Shown: positions 41,341 to 50,311 of the stretch, piece after piece
How positions within the stretch are numbered: the first letter of the stretch is position 1
Layout: each line of letters begins with the position of its first letter
Source of the DNA: Anaerolineales bacterium
GTDB lineage: Bacteria > Chloroflexota > Anaerolineae > Anaerolineales > UBA11579
Assembly: GCA_026129335.1 (NCBI GenBank)
Contig: JAHCIH010000003.1
Location: forward strand, 20,534 to 84,533
Direction: 5' to 3'
DNA length: 64,000 nucleotides
Translations under genes and position numbers: made by a program
Notes under the pieces: generated by a model
Database searches by the model: none
Told to the model about the DNA's origin: nothing
The model's input: the letters and a program-made list of their open reading frames with translations, nothing else

Positions 41341-41847
41341 ATGATCCCGGACTGGGCGCTGCTGATCTCGTTTTGGCTGCACATGCTCGCCTCCGTGGTG
41401 TGGCTGGGCAGCCTGGCGGCCCTGGCCCTGTTCGTATTGCCCGCCCTGCGCCGCCGGTTGCCCCCGGCGGATTTTGCTGTCTGGCTGGAGGCGCTCAACG
41501 CCCGGTTGGACCCGCTGGGCTGGTTTTGCCTGGGGGTACTCACTTTCACCGGGCTGATGCAGATGACGCCCAACCCCAATTACGACGGCCTGCTGAGCAT
41601 CACCAACAACTGGGCGCTGGCCATGTTCATCAAGCACATCGTCTTCTTCGCTATGGTCGGCGTTTCCGCTTACCTGACCTGGAAGGTCTCGCCGGCCCTG
41701 GGCCGCGCCGCGGTGCAGCGCGCCAAAGGCGCGAAGGCAGGCGCCGCAGACCAGGCGGTGCTGGCCCGCTTCCAGCGCCTGGTGGCGCTCAACCTGGTCC
41801 TGGGCCTGCTGGTGCTGGCCTTCACCGCCATGGCGCGGATTTCCTGA
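41341..41847 (+). CDS. CopD-like integral membrane protein
   Basis: Four predicted helices. WLHMLASVVWLGSLAAL is typical of CopD/DUF2269-type proteins. Family call from memory. Confidence 0.4.
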   Translation: MIPDWALLISFWLHMLASVVWLGSLAALALFVLPALRRRLPPADFAVWLEALNARLDPLGWFCLGVLTFTGLMQMTPNPNYDGLLSITNNWALAMFIKHIVFFAMVGVSAYLTWKVSPALGRAAVQRAKGAKAGAADQAVLARFQRLVALNLVLGLLVLAFTAMARIS

Positions 41848-41901
41848 ACAGTCTACAAACGGCATAAAGCTTGCACATCTTCAGTCAAACGGAGGTGTGT
41901 T

Positions 41902-42306
41902 TTGAATTCTGACTGGATTGGTGTGGCTACCCTGGTGGTCGTCCATTTGGGCTTTGCCGCGCTGCTGGGCGCCTTTGCACGCCGCGCCGCGGACCTGCCC
42001 GGCCGCTCAGCCGCCTTTTTGGCTGCCCTGGCCTACTTCGGCTCCAGCCTCAGCCTGCCGCTGGCGCTGTGGCCCAAAGCCGGGCTCAGCCTGGCTTCCG
42101 CCGGGCTGTTCGCCTACTTTGGCCGCCAGCACGCTCCGGCGAACTGGCAGGCCCGGCTGGCCTGGCTGTACGCTGGCTTTGCGATGCTGCTCATCCTGGG
42201 GTGGAGCGCGGCGCAGGGCTGGTTTTCGCCGCTGGCCAGCCTGGGAGCCGCTGCTGGCTGGGCCGGCGTGCTGGCCTGGCGGCGCGGCCTTTCGGCGACC
42301 GGCTAG
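41902..42306 (+). CDS. hypothetical membrane protein
   Basis: TTG start 7 nt after GGAGGTG. Four hydrophobic helices. Confidence 0.45.
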   Translation: MNSDWIGVATLVVVHLGFAALLGAFARRAADLPGRSAAFLAALAYFGSSLSLPLALWPKAGLSLASAGLFAYFGRQHAPANWQARLAWLYAGFAMLLILGWSAAQGWFSPLASLGAAAGWAGVLAWRRGLSATG

Positions 42307-45245
42307 AGTAGCTCGCCCAGCGCGGTCGCCTGCGTGGCGCGCAGCACCGGCTCCGGCGACTCCCGCCCGCTTTCCAGCAGGCCGTGGATGACCAGGGCCT
42401 TGTTGGCGAAGGCGGCGCGGTGGCGGCGATACACGTCTTCTGGGATGACCACGCGCAGCGTGCCCTCCAGGTCGGCGAGGTCGATGAAGTGCAGGTAGCC
42501 GCCCTGGCTGGTGCGCACCCGCCGCCAGGTCTGGCGCATGCCGGCCACGCGCACCGCGGCCCCGGGCGGCTGCTGGGCCGCCTCCAGCGTGCTGAGCACG
42601 CCGGAGGCGGCGGCTTGCTCGGCGAAGACGTCTAGCGGGTGGGCGGCCAGGCTGACGCCGAGCAGTTCACGCTGGGCTTCCGCTTTTTCGGCCTCGCTCC
42701 AGTCTTCGGTCTGTGTGCCGGGGGCATCGAATAAAGGCATCTGGCCGCGCTGCCAACTGCCGCTTTCCAACTCGTCGAGCAAATTAGGGATTAAACCCAA
42801 ACCGTGTAATGCGCCGACCTGGATGAGGTTGCGCGCCTCGGACGGGCGCGGGTAGGCGCGAGCCAGCAGGTCGGCCAGCGACTTGAAGGGCCGCAGGGCG
42901 ATGATGCGCCGCTGGGTCTGGCGGCTCAGCTCGCGCAGTTGGTCGAGGCCCATGAAGAGGTGGGCCTCGTCTTCCATATAGATGACGCTGAACTGCGCCT
43001 GCGAATGATTGATGTGCGGCGGGCGCACTTTGAGGCCCAGGCGGCGGGCTTCCAGCAGGTAGGTCTCCTGCCCATAGTAGCCGCCCCAGTTGGCCAGCAC
43101 GGCGGCCATGAACTCGGCGGGGTAGTGCGCCTTGCACCAGGCCGAGCGCCAGGCCACTTGGGCATACGAAGCGGCGTGCGCTTTGGGGAAGCCGTAGCCG
43201 GAGAAGGCGGCCATCATGTCCCAGATGCGCTCGGCGACATCGGGCGGCACGCTTTTGCGCTCGCCGGCGCCGCGGATGAACTTCTCTTTCAAGGTCTGCA
43301 TCTTCTTGCCGGGGTCGAAGTGGCTCATCGCCCGGCGCAGCAGGTCGGATTCGGAGAGGCTGAAGCCGGCCAGCTCGTGGGCCACGCGCAGCACCTGCTC
43401 CTGGTAGAGGAAGACGCCGTGCGTCTCCGCCAGCAGCGGGGCCAGGGCGGGGTGGATGTGCTCCACCGGCTCCTGGCCCAGGTGGCGGCGTACGAAAGCG
43501 TCCTTCAGGCCGCCGGTCAGCGGCCCGGGGCGGAACAGCGCCAGGGCGACCATCAGGTTGTCCGGGCTGTCCGCTTGGGTCTCGCGCAGCGTGGCGCGCA
43601 TGCCGGGGCTCTCGATCTGGAAGCAGCCGATGGTGCGCCCCGTGCGCACCATCTCGGCGGTGAGCGGGTCGTGGTCGGGGATGTTGTCGAGCACTTCCAG
43701 GCGGTCGCCGCCCAACTCGGGGCGCTGGGCGCGGATGTGGTCGGCCACATCGCCCAGCACGGTCAGGCCGCGGGTGCCCAGCAGGTCCATCTTCACCAGG
43801 CCCATGTGCTGCACGCCTTCCAGATCGTACTGCGTGATCGTGATGCCCTTGCCGGAGAACTGCGTGGGCACCGTATCGCTGAGCGGGCCGGCGCTGATCA
43901 CGATGCCGCCGGGGTGGATGGAGAGATGGTGCGGTCTGCCCAGAAAGGCCTGGGCGTGGGCGAGGACGCGCTGCTGGGCCGGGTTGCGGAAACGGGTTTC
44001 CAGCGCAGTGTAGGGTTCCTTCTCTTCGGCCTGCCCTGGATACCAGTAGCGGTAGGGCAGGCTCTCCACCATGGCCTTGATTTCGTCCGGCGGCAGGCCG
44101 TGGGCCTTGGCCACCTCGCGCAGCGCCGAGCGCGGGCGGAAGTGGTTGATGGTGGCCACCATGGCCACCCGCTCGGCGCCGTAGCGCTGGTAGACGTGCT
44201 GGATGACCAGGTCGCGGCGCCGCGAGCACAGGTCGGTGTCGATGTCCGGAGGGTTGGGCCGCGCCGGGTTGAGGAAGCGTTCGAAATACAGGTTGAGGCG
44301 CAATGGGTCCGGCGTAGTGATGCCCAGGCAGTGGGCCACCAGTGAGGACGCCGCCGAGCCGCGCGAGGAGGTGGGCACGCCGGCCTGGCGGGCGAAGCGC
44401 AGGATTTCCTCCATGATGAGGAAGAGCGTGGTGTAGCCGCTGGCTTCGATGGCGGACAGTTCGTGTTCCAGCCGCTGGCGGAGGGCGTCGTCCACTTGCG
44501 CGTAGAGACGCTCCGCTCCGGCGTAGGCCCGGGCGCGCAGCGCTTCGATGGCGGTTTGGCCGGGCGGCAATTCCGGCTGCGGGAAGTTCGCTTGGCCGAG
44601 GGGCAGCTCGAAGCCGCAGCGCCCGGCAACCTCCAAGGTCGCCGCCAGCGCTGCCGGTGTAAAGCGAGCGGCCATCTCGGCGTCGCTGGGGAAGTGCGAG
44701 TTGGCTGGGGCGGTCGCCGCATCGGGCAGGGCGGAGAGCGGCGTGTTCAGCCGCATGGCCGCGGCGGTGCGCTGCAGCTCGACGTCCTCGGCCCCCAAAT
44801 AATAGATGGGCCATAGGGCGACCTGGTCCGCATACAGGCGGTCGCCGAACAGCTCGCGCAGCGGAGACGTCTCCACCTCGGCCAGGCAGAGCAAGCCCTG
44901 GTGGTGCGCCCCCAGTTGGCCGAGCGGCAGCGCGCGCTGGTCGCCCTGCGGGCTGTCTTGCAGCCAGGAACTCAGTTTACACAGACTGGCCCAGCCCTGC
45001 GCGTCCTTCGCCAGCAGGCGCAGGGCCTGCGGCTGCTCCTCCAGTTCGACGGTCATGCCCAAGAGGGGGCGGATGCCCTGCGCCCGGCAGGCCAGGCTGA
45101 ACTCGATCGCCCCGCTGAGGCGGTTGTGGTCGCACAGCGCCATGGCGGGCTGGCCGGCGGTGGCCGCCGCGGCGGCCAGCTCCGCCGGCGAGGGCAGGGC
45201 GCGCAGGAAGGAATAGTGCGAGTGGGCGGCCAGGTGAACGTACAT
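42303..45245 (-). CDS. dnaE2: DNA polymerase III alpha-subunit paralogue, DnaE2-like (about 980 aa)
   Basis: PHP N-terminus MYVHLAAHSHYSFLRALPSPAEL, polymerase core motifs, and a C-terminal OB fold. It is shorter than a typical DnaE1. The start was set at ATG 45245; the upstream Arg/Pro-rich extension was rejected. Confidence 0.8.
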   Translation of the reverse strand: MYVHLAAHSHYSFLRALPSPAELAAAAATAGQPAMALCDHNRLSGAIEFSLACRAQGIRPLLGMTVELEEQPQALRLLAKDAQGWASLCKLSSWLQDSPQGDQRALPLGQLGAHHQGLLCLAEVETSPLRELFGDRLYADQVALWPIYYLGAEDVELQRTAAAMRLNTPLSALPDAATAPANSHFPSDAEMAARFTPAALAATLEVAGRCGFELPLGQANFPQPELPPGQTAIEALRARAYAGAERLYAQVDDALRQRLEHELSAIEASGYTTLFLIMEEILRFARQAGVPTSSRGSAASSLVAHCLGITTPDPLRLNLYFERFLNPARPNPPDIDTDLCSRRRDLVIQHVYQRYGAERVAMVATINHFRPRSALREVAKAHGLPPDEIKAMVESLPYRYWYPGQAEEKEPYTALETRFRNPAQQRVLAHAQAFLGRPHHLSIHPGGIVISAGPLSDTVPTQFSGKGITITQYDLEGVQHMGLVKMDLLGTRGLTVLGDVADHIRAQRPELGGDRLEVLDNIPDHDPLTAEMVRTGRTIGCFQIESPGMRATLRETQADSPDNLMVALALFRPGPLTGGLKDAFVRRHLGQEPVEHIHPALAPLLAETHGVFLYQEQVLRVAHELAGFSLSESDLLRRAMSHFDPGKKMQTLKEKFIRGAGERKSVPPDVAERIWDMMAAFSGYGFPKAHAASYAQVAWRSAWCKAHYPAEFMAAVLANWGGYYGQETYLLEARRLGLKVRPPHINHSQAQFSVIYMEDEAHLFMGLDQLRELSRQTQRRIIALRPFKSLADLLARAYPRPSEARNLIQVGALHGLGLIPNLLDELESGSWQRGQMPLFDAPGTQTEDWSEAEKAEAQRELLGVSLAAHPLDVFAEQAAASGVLSTLEAAQQPPGAAVRVAGMRQTWRRVRTSQGGYLHFIDLADLEGTLRVVIPEDVYRRHRAAFANKALVIHGLLESGRESPEPVLRATQATALGELL

Positions 45246-45257
45246 GAACTTATGTTC
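45246..45257. promoter_or_regulatory. LexA (Cheo/Gram-positive type) SOS box GAAC-N4-GTTC
   Basis: GAACTTATGTTC is a perfect palindromic half-site pair. It directly abuts the dnaE2-like start codon and lies between the divergent -10 boxes (TATAAT at 45264..45259 on the minus strand, and 45272..45277 on the plus strand). Confidence 0.6.
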
Positions 45258-45283
45258 TATTATAAAGCCAATATAATCAGCGG

Positions 45284-45841
45284 ATGATGAATCGCTTGCG
45301 GGCGCAGGACCGCCCGGATTGGGAGATGGACGCGCTGACCCGGCTGCGGCGTTCCGGCGCCTTGGGGCGGCGGGCGGTGGCGTTCGTCTCGCAGCGCCGC
45401 GCACCGATTCGCTTCGCCCCACAGGCCACCGGCGCCCGGTGGACGCTGTGGGGCATGCTCTTCGGCCCGCCGCATATCGTGCTCAACGCGGCCCGCTCCG
45501 AACTGATGCGCCGGGGCCGCGACGCTTGGACGCTCTCGGCCGTAGCCCACGAGGTGAAGCATTACGAGCAGGGGTTCTGGGTGGCGCTATCCGTCTACGG
45601 CGAACTGGAAGCCTGGCAGCTGCAGATGCGCGTGCTGCGCGATCTGGGCGAGCCGCCCAGCCACCCGGCGCTGCTCGCCATCGAGCAGCTGCCGCTGACC
45701 CACGAACCCGCCGTGCTGCGCGAGGCGTCCCGGCTGATGCGCGAAGCTGCGCCCGGCTACCGCAGCGACCTGCTGCCGCTCAACCCGCTGTCATACATGT
45801 TGCGCCAATTCTGGCAGCGCCTATGGGGCGGCAAGGGGTAG
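45284..45841 (+). CDS. hypothetical HExxH-motif protein
   Basis: 185 aa, with AVAHEVKHYEQG followed by GELEAW. TATAAT lies 6 nt upstream of the ATG. Divergent from dnaE2-like. No family recognised. Confidence 0.5.
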   Translation: MMNRLRAQDRPDWEMDALTRLRRSGALGRRAVAFVSQRRAPIRFAPQATGARWTLWGMLFGPPHIVLNAARSELMRRGRDAWTLSAVAHEVKHYEQGFWVALSVYGELEAWQLQMRVLRDLGEPPSHPALLAIEQLPLTHEPAVLREASRLMREAAPGYRSDLLPLNPLSYMLRQFWQRLWGGKG

Positions 45842-45864
45842 GGGGCGTTGCAGGCCATGTGTAG

Positions 45865-46980
45865 TTAGAGATTTATCTTTTCAAGACTAAAATTTATTTT
45901 ATAAACAAATAACTCTGCACCCGGGATTGCCTTAAGGGCATATTTTAGACGATCGTTTTCAGCTTGGACGATAACAATACCCTTTACAGGTCTGTCCCCT
46001 TTATTTTCCCTGACCCACCCCAAGTATCTGGCAAGTTGGCCGACGGTGTCGTCATTCGTTTGACCCTTCTTTAGTTCAATCACCACGTAAGACTTATCTG
46101 TCTTGTCCTGTACAAGTAAATCAATTCTTCCTATATCTGTTTGGTATTGCTGACTAACCAATTCCCCCTTCTCTTTAATGAGATCGTACTTCTTGCCTAA
46201 CTCAGTAGCTTCCCAGTTCGCAACAAGAAAATCTTCAAGATGCTTTTCAAGGGCGAATTCGGACTCACTTTCTCTCTCAATAGATAACAAAGATGTATCA
46301 AGGGCCAGTGTTTGGCTGCTTCTCCAGAAAGTTTGTATAGTGGGTTCGTAAAAAAAGTTAGATAGCAGTCGAGGCCAAACGTCTATGTGGTAGACGTTTT
46401 GAAATCCTAGAATAATGTCACGATTAGACAGTATCACCTTCTCTCCATAGCTCGTGTATTCTTCATGAGGGAGTTGGAACTTCTCAAGGATTTGTGAGCG
46501 GTCGGTGAGGGAAACGCTAGATAAATACGTAGTGGGGCTGTTAAGAAAAAGAAGTGCATTGAGTGCGGCGGCTTTTTCACCAGTCAATCCGTTCTTGTTT
46601 TTCTCATTTGTTTCGTGAAGTTGATTAATCAGACCTATAAGTTCGGATTCATCACTTGAATTAAAAGCTTGGTCCAAGATATCGCGCAGGTCTTTCTCTT
46701 TGCGCAGATCATTAAAGATGCGGTACCAAGTACCTTGGGGTAGGTTTATACGGGCGATAGCCTCATCGGTTTGTTGGTTAAATCCACGTGCTCGGATGTC
46801 AATTAATTTGATAATGGGGTCGTAGTCATTCTCTGGCGAAGTGCCTTCATTGCCTTGTATTGTAGTTCTCCAGAAGTCCTGAAATGTGCTGCGGTGCCCT
46901 TCCCACAGTTGACGGTAATTTTCAACGTCATATGAACGAACAAAGTCATCAAAAGATTTCTTAACCTCGCTTGCTTTCAT
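45865..46980 (-). CDS. fusion protein: unknown N-terminal domain + NucS/DUF91-like PD-(D/E)xK nuclease domain
   Basis: The C-terminus FALEKHLEDFLVANW...TDIGRIDLLVQDKTDKSYVVIELKKGQTNDDTVGQLARYLGWV...VKGIVIVQ matches the NucS C-terminal nuclease pattern. The gene is AT-rich. The ATG at 46980 is preceded by GGAGG. Confidence 0.6.
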   Translation of the reverse strand: MKASEVKKSFDDFVRSYDVENYRQLWEGHRSTFQDFWRTTIQGNEGTSPENDYDPIIKLIDIRARGFNQQTDEAIARINLPQGTWYRIFNDLRKEKDLRDILDQAFNSSDESELIGLINQLHETNEKNKNGLTGEKAAALNALLFLNSPTTYLSSVSLTDRSQILEKFQLPHEEYTSYGEKVILSNRDIILGFQNVYHIDVWPRLLSNFFYEPTIQTFWRSSQTLALDTSLLSIERESESEFALEKHLEDFLVANWEATELGKKYDLIKEKGELVSQQYQTDIGRIDLLVQDKTDKSYVVIELKKGQTNDDTVGQLARYLGWVRENKGDRPVKGIVIVQAENDRLKYALKAIPGAELFVYKINFSLEKINL

Positions 46981-47082
46981 CCCAGCCTCCTGAACCGATT
47001 CTACCTCAGCGGTAAATTGGGCTCTGCGCTTCGGTGTCACACGACAATTTTTTCTAGAATTTGGTTATAATCCCACAGCTAC

Positions 47083-47154
<72 letters not shown>

Positions 47155-47193
47155 CTCAGCATTCCCCCCCAAATCCCTGAAAAGGGATTTTGT

Positions 47194-47733
47194 TTATGTG
47201 GAGAGGCTCGCCTGGTAGCGCTCGTGCGCCGCCTGGATCATCTGCCGGGCTTCGGCGGCATCGCCCCAGCGTTGGATCTTGACCCATTTGTCTTCTTCAA
47301 GGTCTTTGTAGTGGGCGAAGAAATGCTCGATTTGCTCGAGCGTGATCACCGGCAAGTCTTTGGCTTCGCGCACCCGGTCGTAGCGTTTGGTCAGCCGGCC
47401 GGAGGGCACCGAGATGATCTTCTCGTCGGGGCCGGCTTCGTCTTGCATGATCAGCACGCCGATGGGGCGCACGCGGATCACCGAGCCGGGGACCAGCGTG
47501 CGCGTGTTGGCCACCAGCACGTCGCAGGGATCGCCGTCCTCCGAGAGGGTCTTGGGGATGAAGCCGTAGTTGCCCGGGTAGCGCATCGGCGTGTACAGGA
47601 AGCGGTCGACGACCAGCACGCCGGAGGCTTTGTCGAACTCGTATTTGATCGGCTCCCCGCCGATGGGCACTTCGATGACGACGTTGACGTCGTCGGGAGG
47701 GTTGGCTCCCAGGGTGATCGCATCAAGGTTCAT
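47194..47733 (-). CDS. ppa: inorganic pyrophosphatase (family I)
   Basis: [50 protein letters not shown] is the PPase signature. The start was set at MNLD. Confidence 0.9.
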   Translation of the reverse strand: MNLDAITLGANPPDDVNVVIEVPIGGEPIKYEFDKASGVLVVDRFLYTPMRYPGNYGFIPKTLSEDGDPCDVLVANTRTLVPGSVIRVRPIGVLIMQDEAGPDEKIISVPSGRLTKRYDRVREAKDLPVITLEQIEHFFAHYKDLEEDKWVKIQRWGDAAEARQMIQAAHERYQASLST

Positions 47734-47795
47734 TCGGTTCTCTCCTGGCCGGGGCAACTGACCTCATCATATCACTCGCCTCTACGACTAGTACA

Positions 47796-49451
47796 ATGCG
47801 CTGTATGCCGGTTGACGATCGCGCCACTCCCCCCGTCGAGCTGGAAGGCGCCCTGGCGACCTTGCAGGCCGCCCGGTTGCCCTGGGCGCGGCTGCCGCTG
47901 GCCGAGCGCATCGCCATCCTGGACCGGCTGCGCGACGGCCTGCACGAGGTCGAGGATGGCTGGGTTGCGGCCGGTATGGCGGCCAAAGGCTCCCCGCCGG
48001 GCACCCTCGCCGAGGGGGAGGAGTGGTTCGCCCTCAGCGTGCTCTACCGCCAGCTGCGCTACCTGCGCCGGGCGCTGAGCGATATCGCTGCCAAGGGCCG
48101 CCCGGCTCTGCCCGGCAAGCTGTGCTGGAAGACGGCGGGGCAGTGGACGGTGGACGTCTTCCCGCAGAACCTGGCCGATCGGCTGGCGCTGCCCGGCATC
48201 CGTGCCCAGGTGTTCGCCCGCGACAACTACCACGGCGACCTGCCGCAGATGGCCGCCTTTTACCAGCAGGCCGAGCCGCAAGGCGGTCTGGCCCTGGTGC
48301 TGGGCGCCGGCAACGTCAACTCGCTGCCCGGCGGCGACTGCCTGCACAAGCTCTTCGTCGAAGGCAACGTGGTGCTGCTCAAGCTCAACCCGGTGAACGC
48401 CTACCTGGGCGAGTTGCTGGAGCAGGCCTTTAGCGCTTTGATCGAACCGGGGTACTTGCAGGTCGTCTATGGCGGAGCGGAAACCGGCGGGTTCCTGGCG
48501 AATCATCGGGCGGTGGATGAGGTGCACGTCACCGGCTCTGCGCGCACTTACACAGCGCTGCACGCCGCGGGCAAGCCGATCAGCGCCGAATTGGGCAGCG
48601 TCTCACCGGTGATCATCGTGCCCGGCCCCTGGAGCGCAGCGGACGTGCGGGCACAGGCCGCCAAGTACGCTACCAGCCTGGTTGCCAACGCCGGCTTCAA
48701 CTGCGTGACACCGCGCGTCTTCATCCAAATGGAAAGCTGGCCGCAGCGCGAGGCGTTCAACCAGGCGATGGCCGATTATTTGCAGCGCATCCCGCCGCGG
48801 CGCGCCTGGTACCCGGGTGCGGCGGGGCGGCAGGCCGCCTTTGTGGCGGCGCACCCGCTGGCCCAGCAGATCGGCTCAGCCGGGGAGGGCGAGCTGCCCT
48901 GGACCTATATTCCTGGCGTGGGCCCCGGAGCCCCGGACGATATCGCCTTCCGCGAAGAAGCCTTCTGCGGCCTGGCCGCCGAGACGGCCCTGCCCGCCGA
49001 AGACCCGCTGGACTTCCTGCGCAAGGCGGTGGAATTCGCCAACCGGCGCTTGTGGGGCGATCTGGCTGCCACCATCGTGGTGCACCCAAAGACGATGCAA
49101 GACCCGTTGATGGAAGCTGCCGTAACGCAGGCCATCGCTGACCTGCGCTACGGCACGGTGGTGGTGAACCATTGGGGCGCGCTGGCCTACTACCTGGCGA
49201 TCACGCCCTGGGGCGCGGCGCCCGGCAACCCGCCGGACGACATCCAGTCCGGCGCTGGCAAAGTCGCCAATCCGCTTATGTTCGCCGAGGCGGAGAAGTC
49301 CGTGGTCTGGGCGCCGTTCGTTTCGGCGCCGGACCCCTATCTGGCGACGGCCAAGCGGAGCTGCGCCTACTTTCGGGCCGACACGCGCTATCAGCGCCAG
49401 CCGAACGCAGGCAACCTGCTGCGCCTGCTATGGGCCGCAGCCAGGAGCTAG
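47796..49451 (+). CDS. aldehyde dehydrogenase superfamily protein
   Basis: 551 aa, with GAGNVNSLP and ANAGFNCVTP (Cys-loop-like) segments. Subfamily not recognised. Confidence 0.6.
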   Translation: MRCMPVDDRATPPVELEGALATLQAARLPWARLPLAERIAILDRLRDGLHEVEDGWVAAGMAAKGSPPGTLAEGEEWFALSVLYRQLRYLRRALSDIAAKGRPALPGKLCWKTAGQWTVDVFPQNLADRLALPGIRAQVFARDNYHGDLPQMAAFYQQAEPQGGLALVLGAGNVNSLPGGDCLHKLFVEGNVVLLKLNPVNAYLGELLEQAFSALIEPGYLQVVYGGAETGGFLANHRAVDEVHVTGSARTYTALHAAGKPISAELGSVSPVIIVPGPWSAADVRAQAAKYATSLVANAGFNCVTPRVFIQMESWPQREAFNQAMADYLQRIPPRRAWYPGAAGRQAAFVAAHPLAQQIGSAGEGELPWTYIPGVGPGAPDDIAFREEAFCGLAAETALPAEDPLDFLRKAVEFANRRLWGDLAATIVVHPKTMQDPLMEAAVTQAIADLRYGTVVVNHWGALAYYLAITPWGAAPGNPPDDIQSGAGKVANPLMFAEAEKSVVWAPFVSAPDPYLATAKRSCAYFRADTRYQRQPNAGNLLRLLWAAARS

Positions 49452-49921
49452 GCGCCAGGGGTGTAACCCTTCCCTGTTTCCAGGTATTCCCGCAAAATCT
49501 GATTCAGCCGCTCGCTGCCGGAGGTGTACATATCGATCGATGCCTTTGACAGATGACCCCAGAAGAGCAAGGTCTTTTTGTAAAGGCTTCCGCCTTCACC
49601 GTCTGGCTCCACCAAGTCGATGTTCCGGCTGGTAAAGGCTGAAACGCCAATGCCGCCCGGCCCAATTGAAATGCTGCTGCGCGGCGGTTCATATTGCACA
49701 ATTTGGGCGTACAACGTGTAGTTGCCCTGGCCCCAGTCCTCGTAGATGTAGCCACCCGGGCGAGCGTCGTAGACAATCCTGGCTTCCGGCTTGGTGCGAA
49801 AGGGCCACCATGCATCCAGCCCGGTGGTCAGAGCAACAAAAACGGCCTCCGGCGGCGCCTGGATCTTGATTTCCCCCTCCACTCTGAAAATCTGATCAGC
49901 TTTTTCTTTGTTGGTCATCAT
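49448..49921 (-). CDS. SRPBCC/AHSA1-family protein
   Basis: FRVEGEIKIQAPPEAVFVALTTGLDAWWP is typical of the Aha1/START-like fold. It pairs with an upstream ArsR regulator. Confidence 0.7.
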   Translation of the reverse strand: MMTNKEKADQIFRVEGEIKIQAPPEAVFVALTTGLDAWWPFRTKPEARIVYDARPGGYIYEDWGQGNYTLYAQIVQYEPPRSSISIGPGGIGVSAFTSRNIDLVEPDGEGGSLYKKTLLFWGHLSKASIDMYTSGSERLNQILREYLETGKGYTPGA

Positions 49922-50252
49922 TATCTTCTCCTCGCGGTGTTAAGTGTTCTTCCAAAGCCAGCATTTCTTTTGCCATTCGGGCTGCATAGGGATGCAGCCA
50001 ACGTTGGTAAATGCGCTCCAGCGGCACAGGGTTGAGGTAGTGCAGCTTGACTCGGCCCTGCCTGCGACTGGTAAGCAGCCCAGCTTCTTCCAGTACGCCA
50101 ATGTGCTGCATCGCCGCGTAGCGGCTTAGTTGGGGCAGCTTGGCTGCCAGCTCTCCGGTGGTGTGCGGCCTTTCTCGCAGCAAATCCAGAAACTCCCGGC
50201 GTATCGGGTTGGCCAGCGCTTTCCAAACAGCTTCTTCTTCGTTGGGCAACAT
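49896..50252 (-). CDS. ArsR/SmtB-family transcriptional regulator
   Basis: [51 protein letters not shown] is a winged HTH. Confidence 0.85.
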   Translation of the reverse strand: MLPNEEEAVWKALANPIRREFLDLLRERPHTTGELAAKLPQLSRYAAMQHIGVLEEAGLLTSRRQGRVKLHYLNPVPLERIYQRWLHPYAARMAKEMLALEEHLTPRGEDNDDQQRKS

Positions 50253-50311
50253 GTGATAAAAATATCACATATAAACACATAAGTCAACCGGCCAGGGGTA
50301 GAATGCCTGAA

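Noticed and set aside
45246-45422. N-terminal extension of the dnaE2-like ORF (track start 45422). Analogous extensions occur in ORFs 58739..59845, 51912..52889, 12325.., 13431.., 51395.., 55429.. and 26070...
   Set aside because: The extensions are Arg/Pro/Ala-rich or overlap the neighbouring gene. Internal starts coincide with conserved family N-termini, SD sequences, -10 boxes or ATGA/GTGA coupling.
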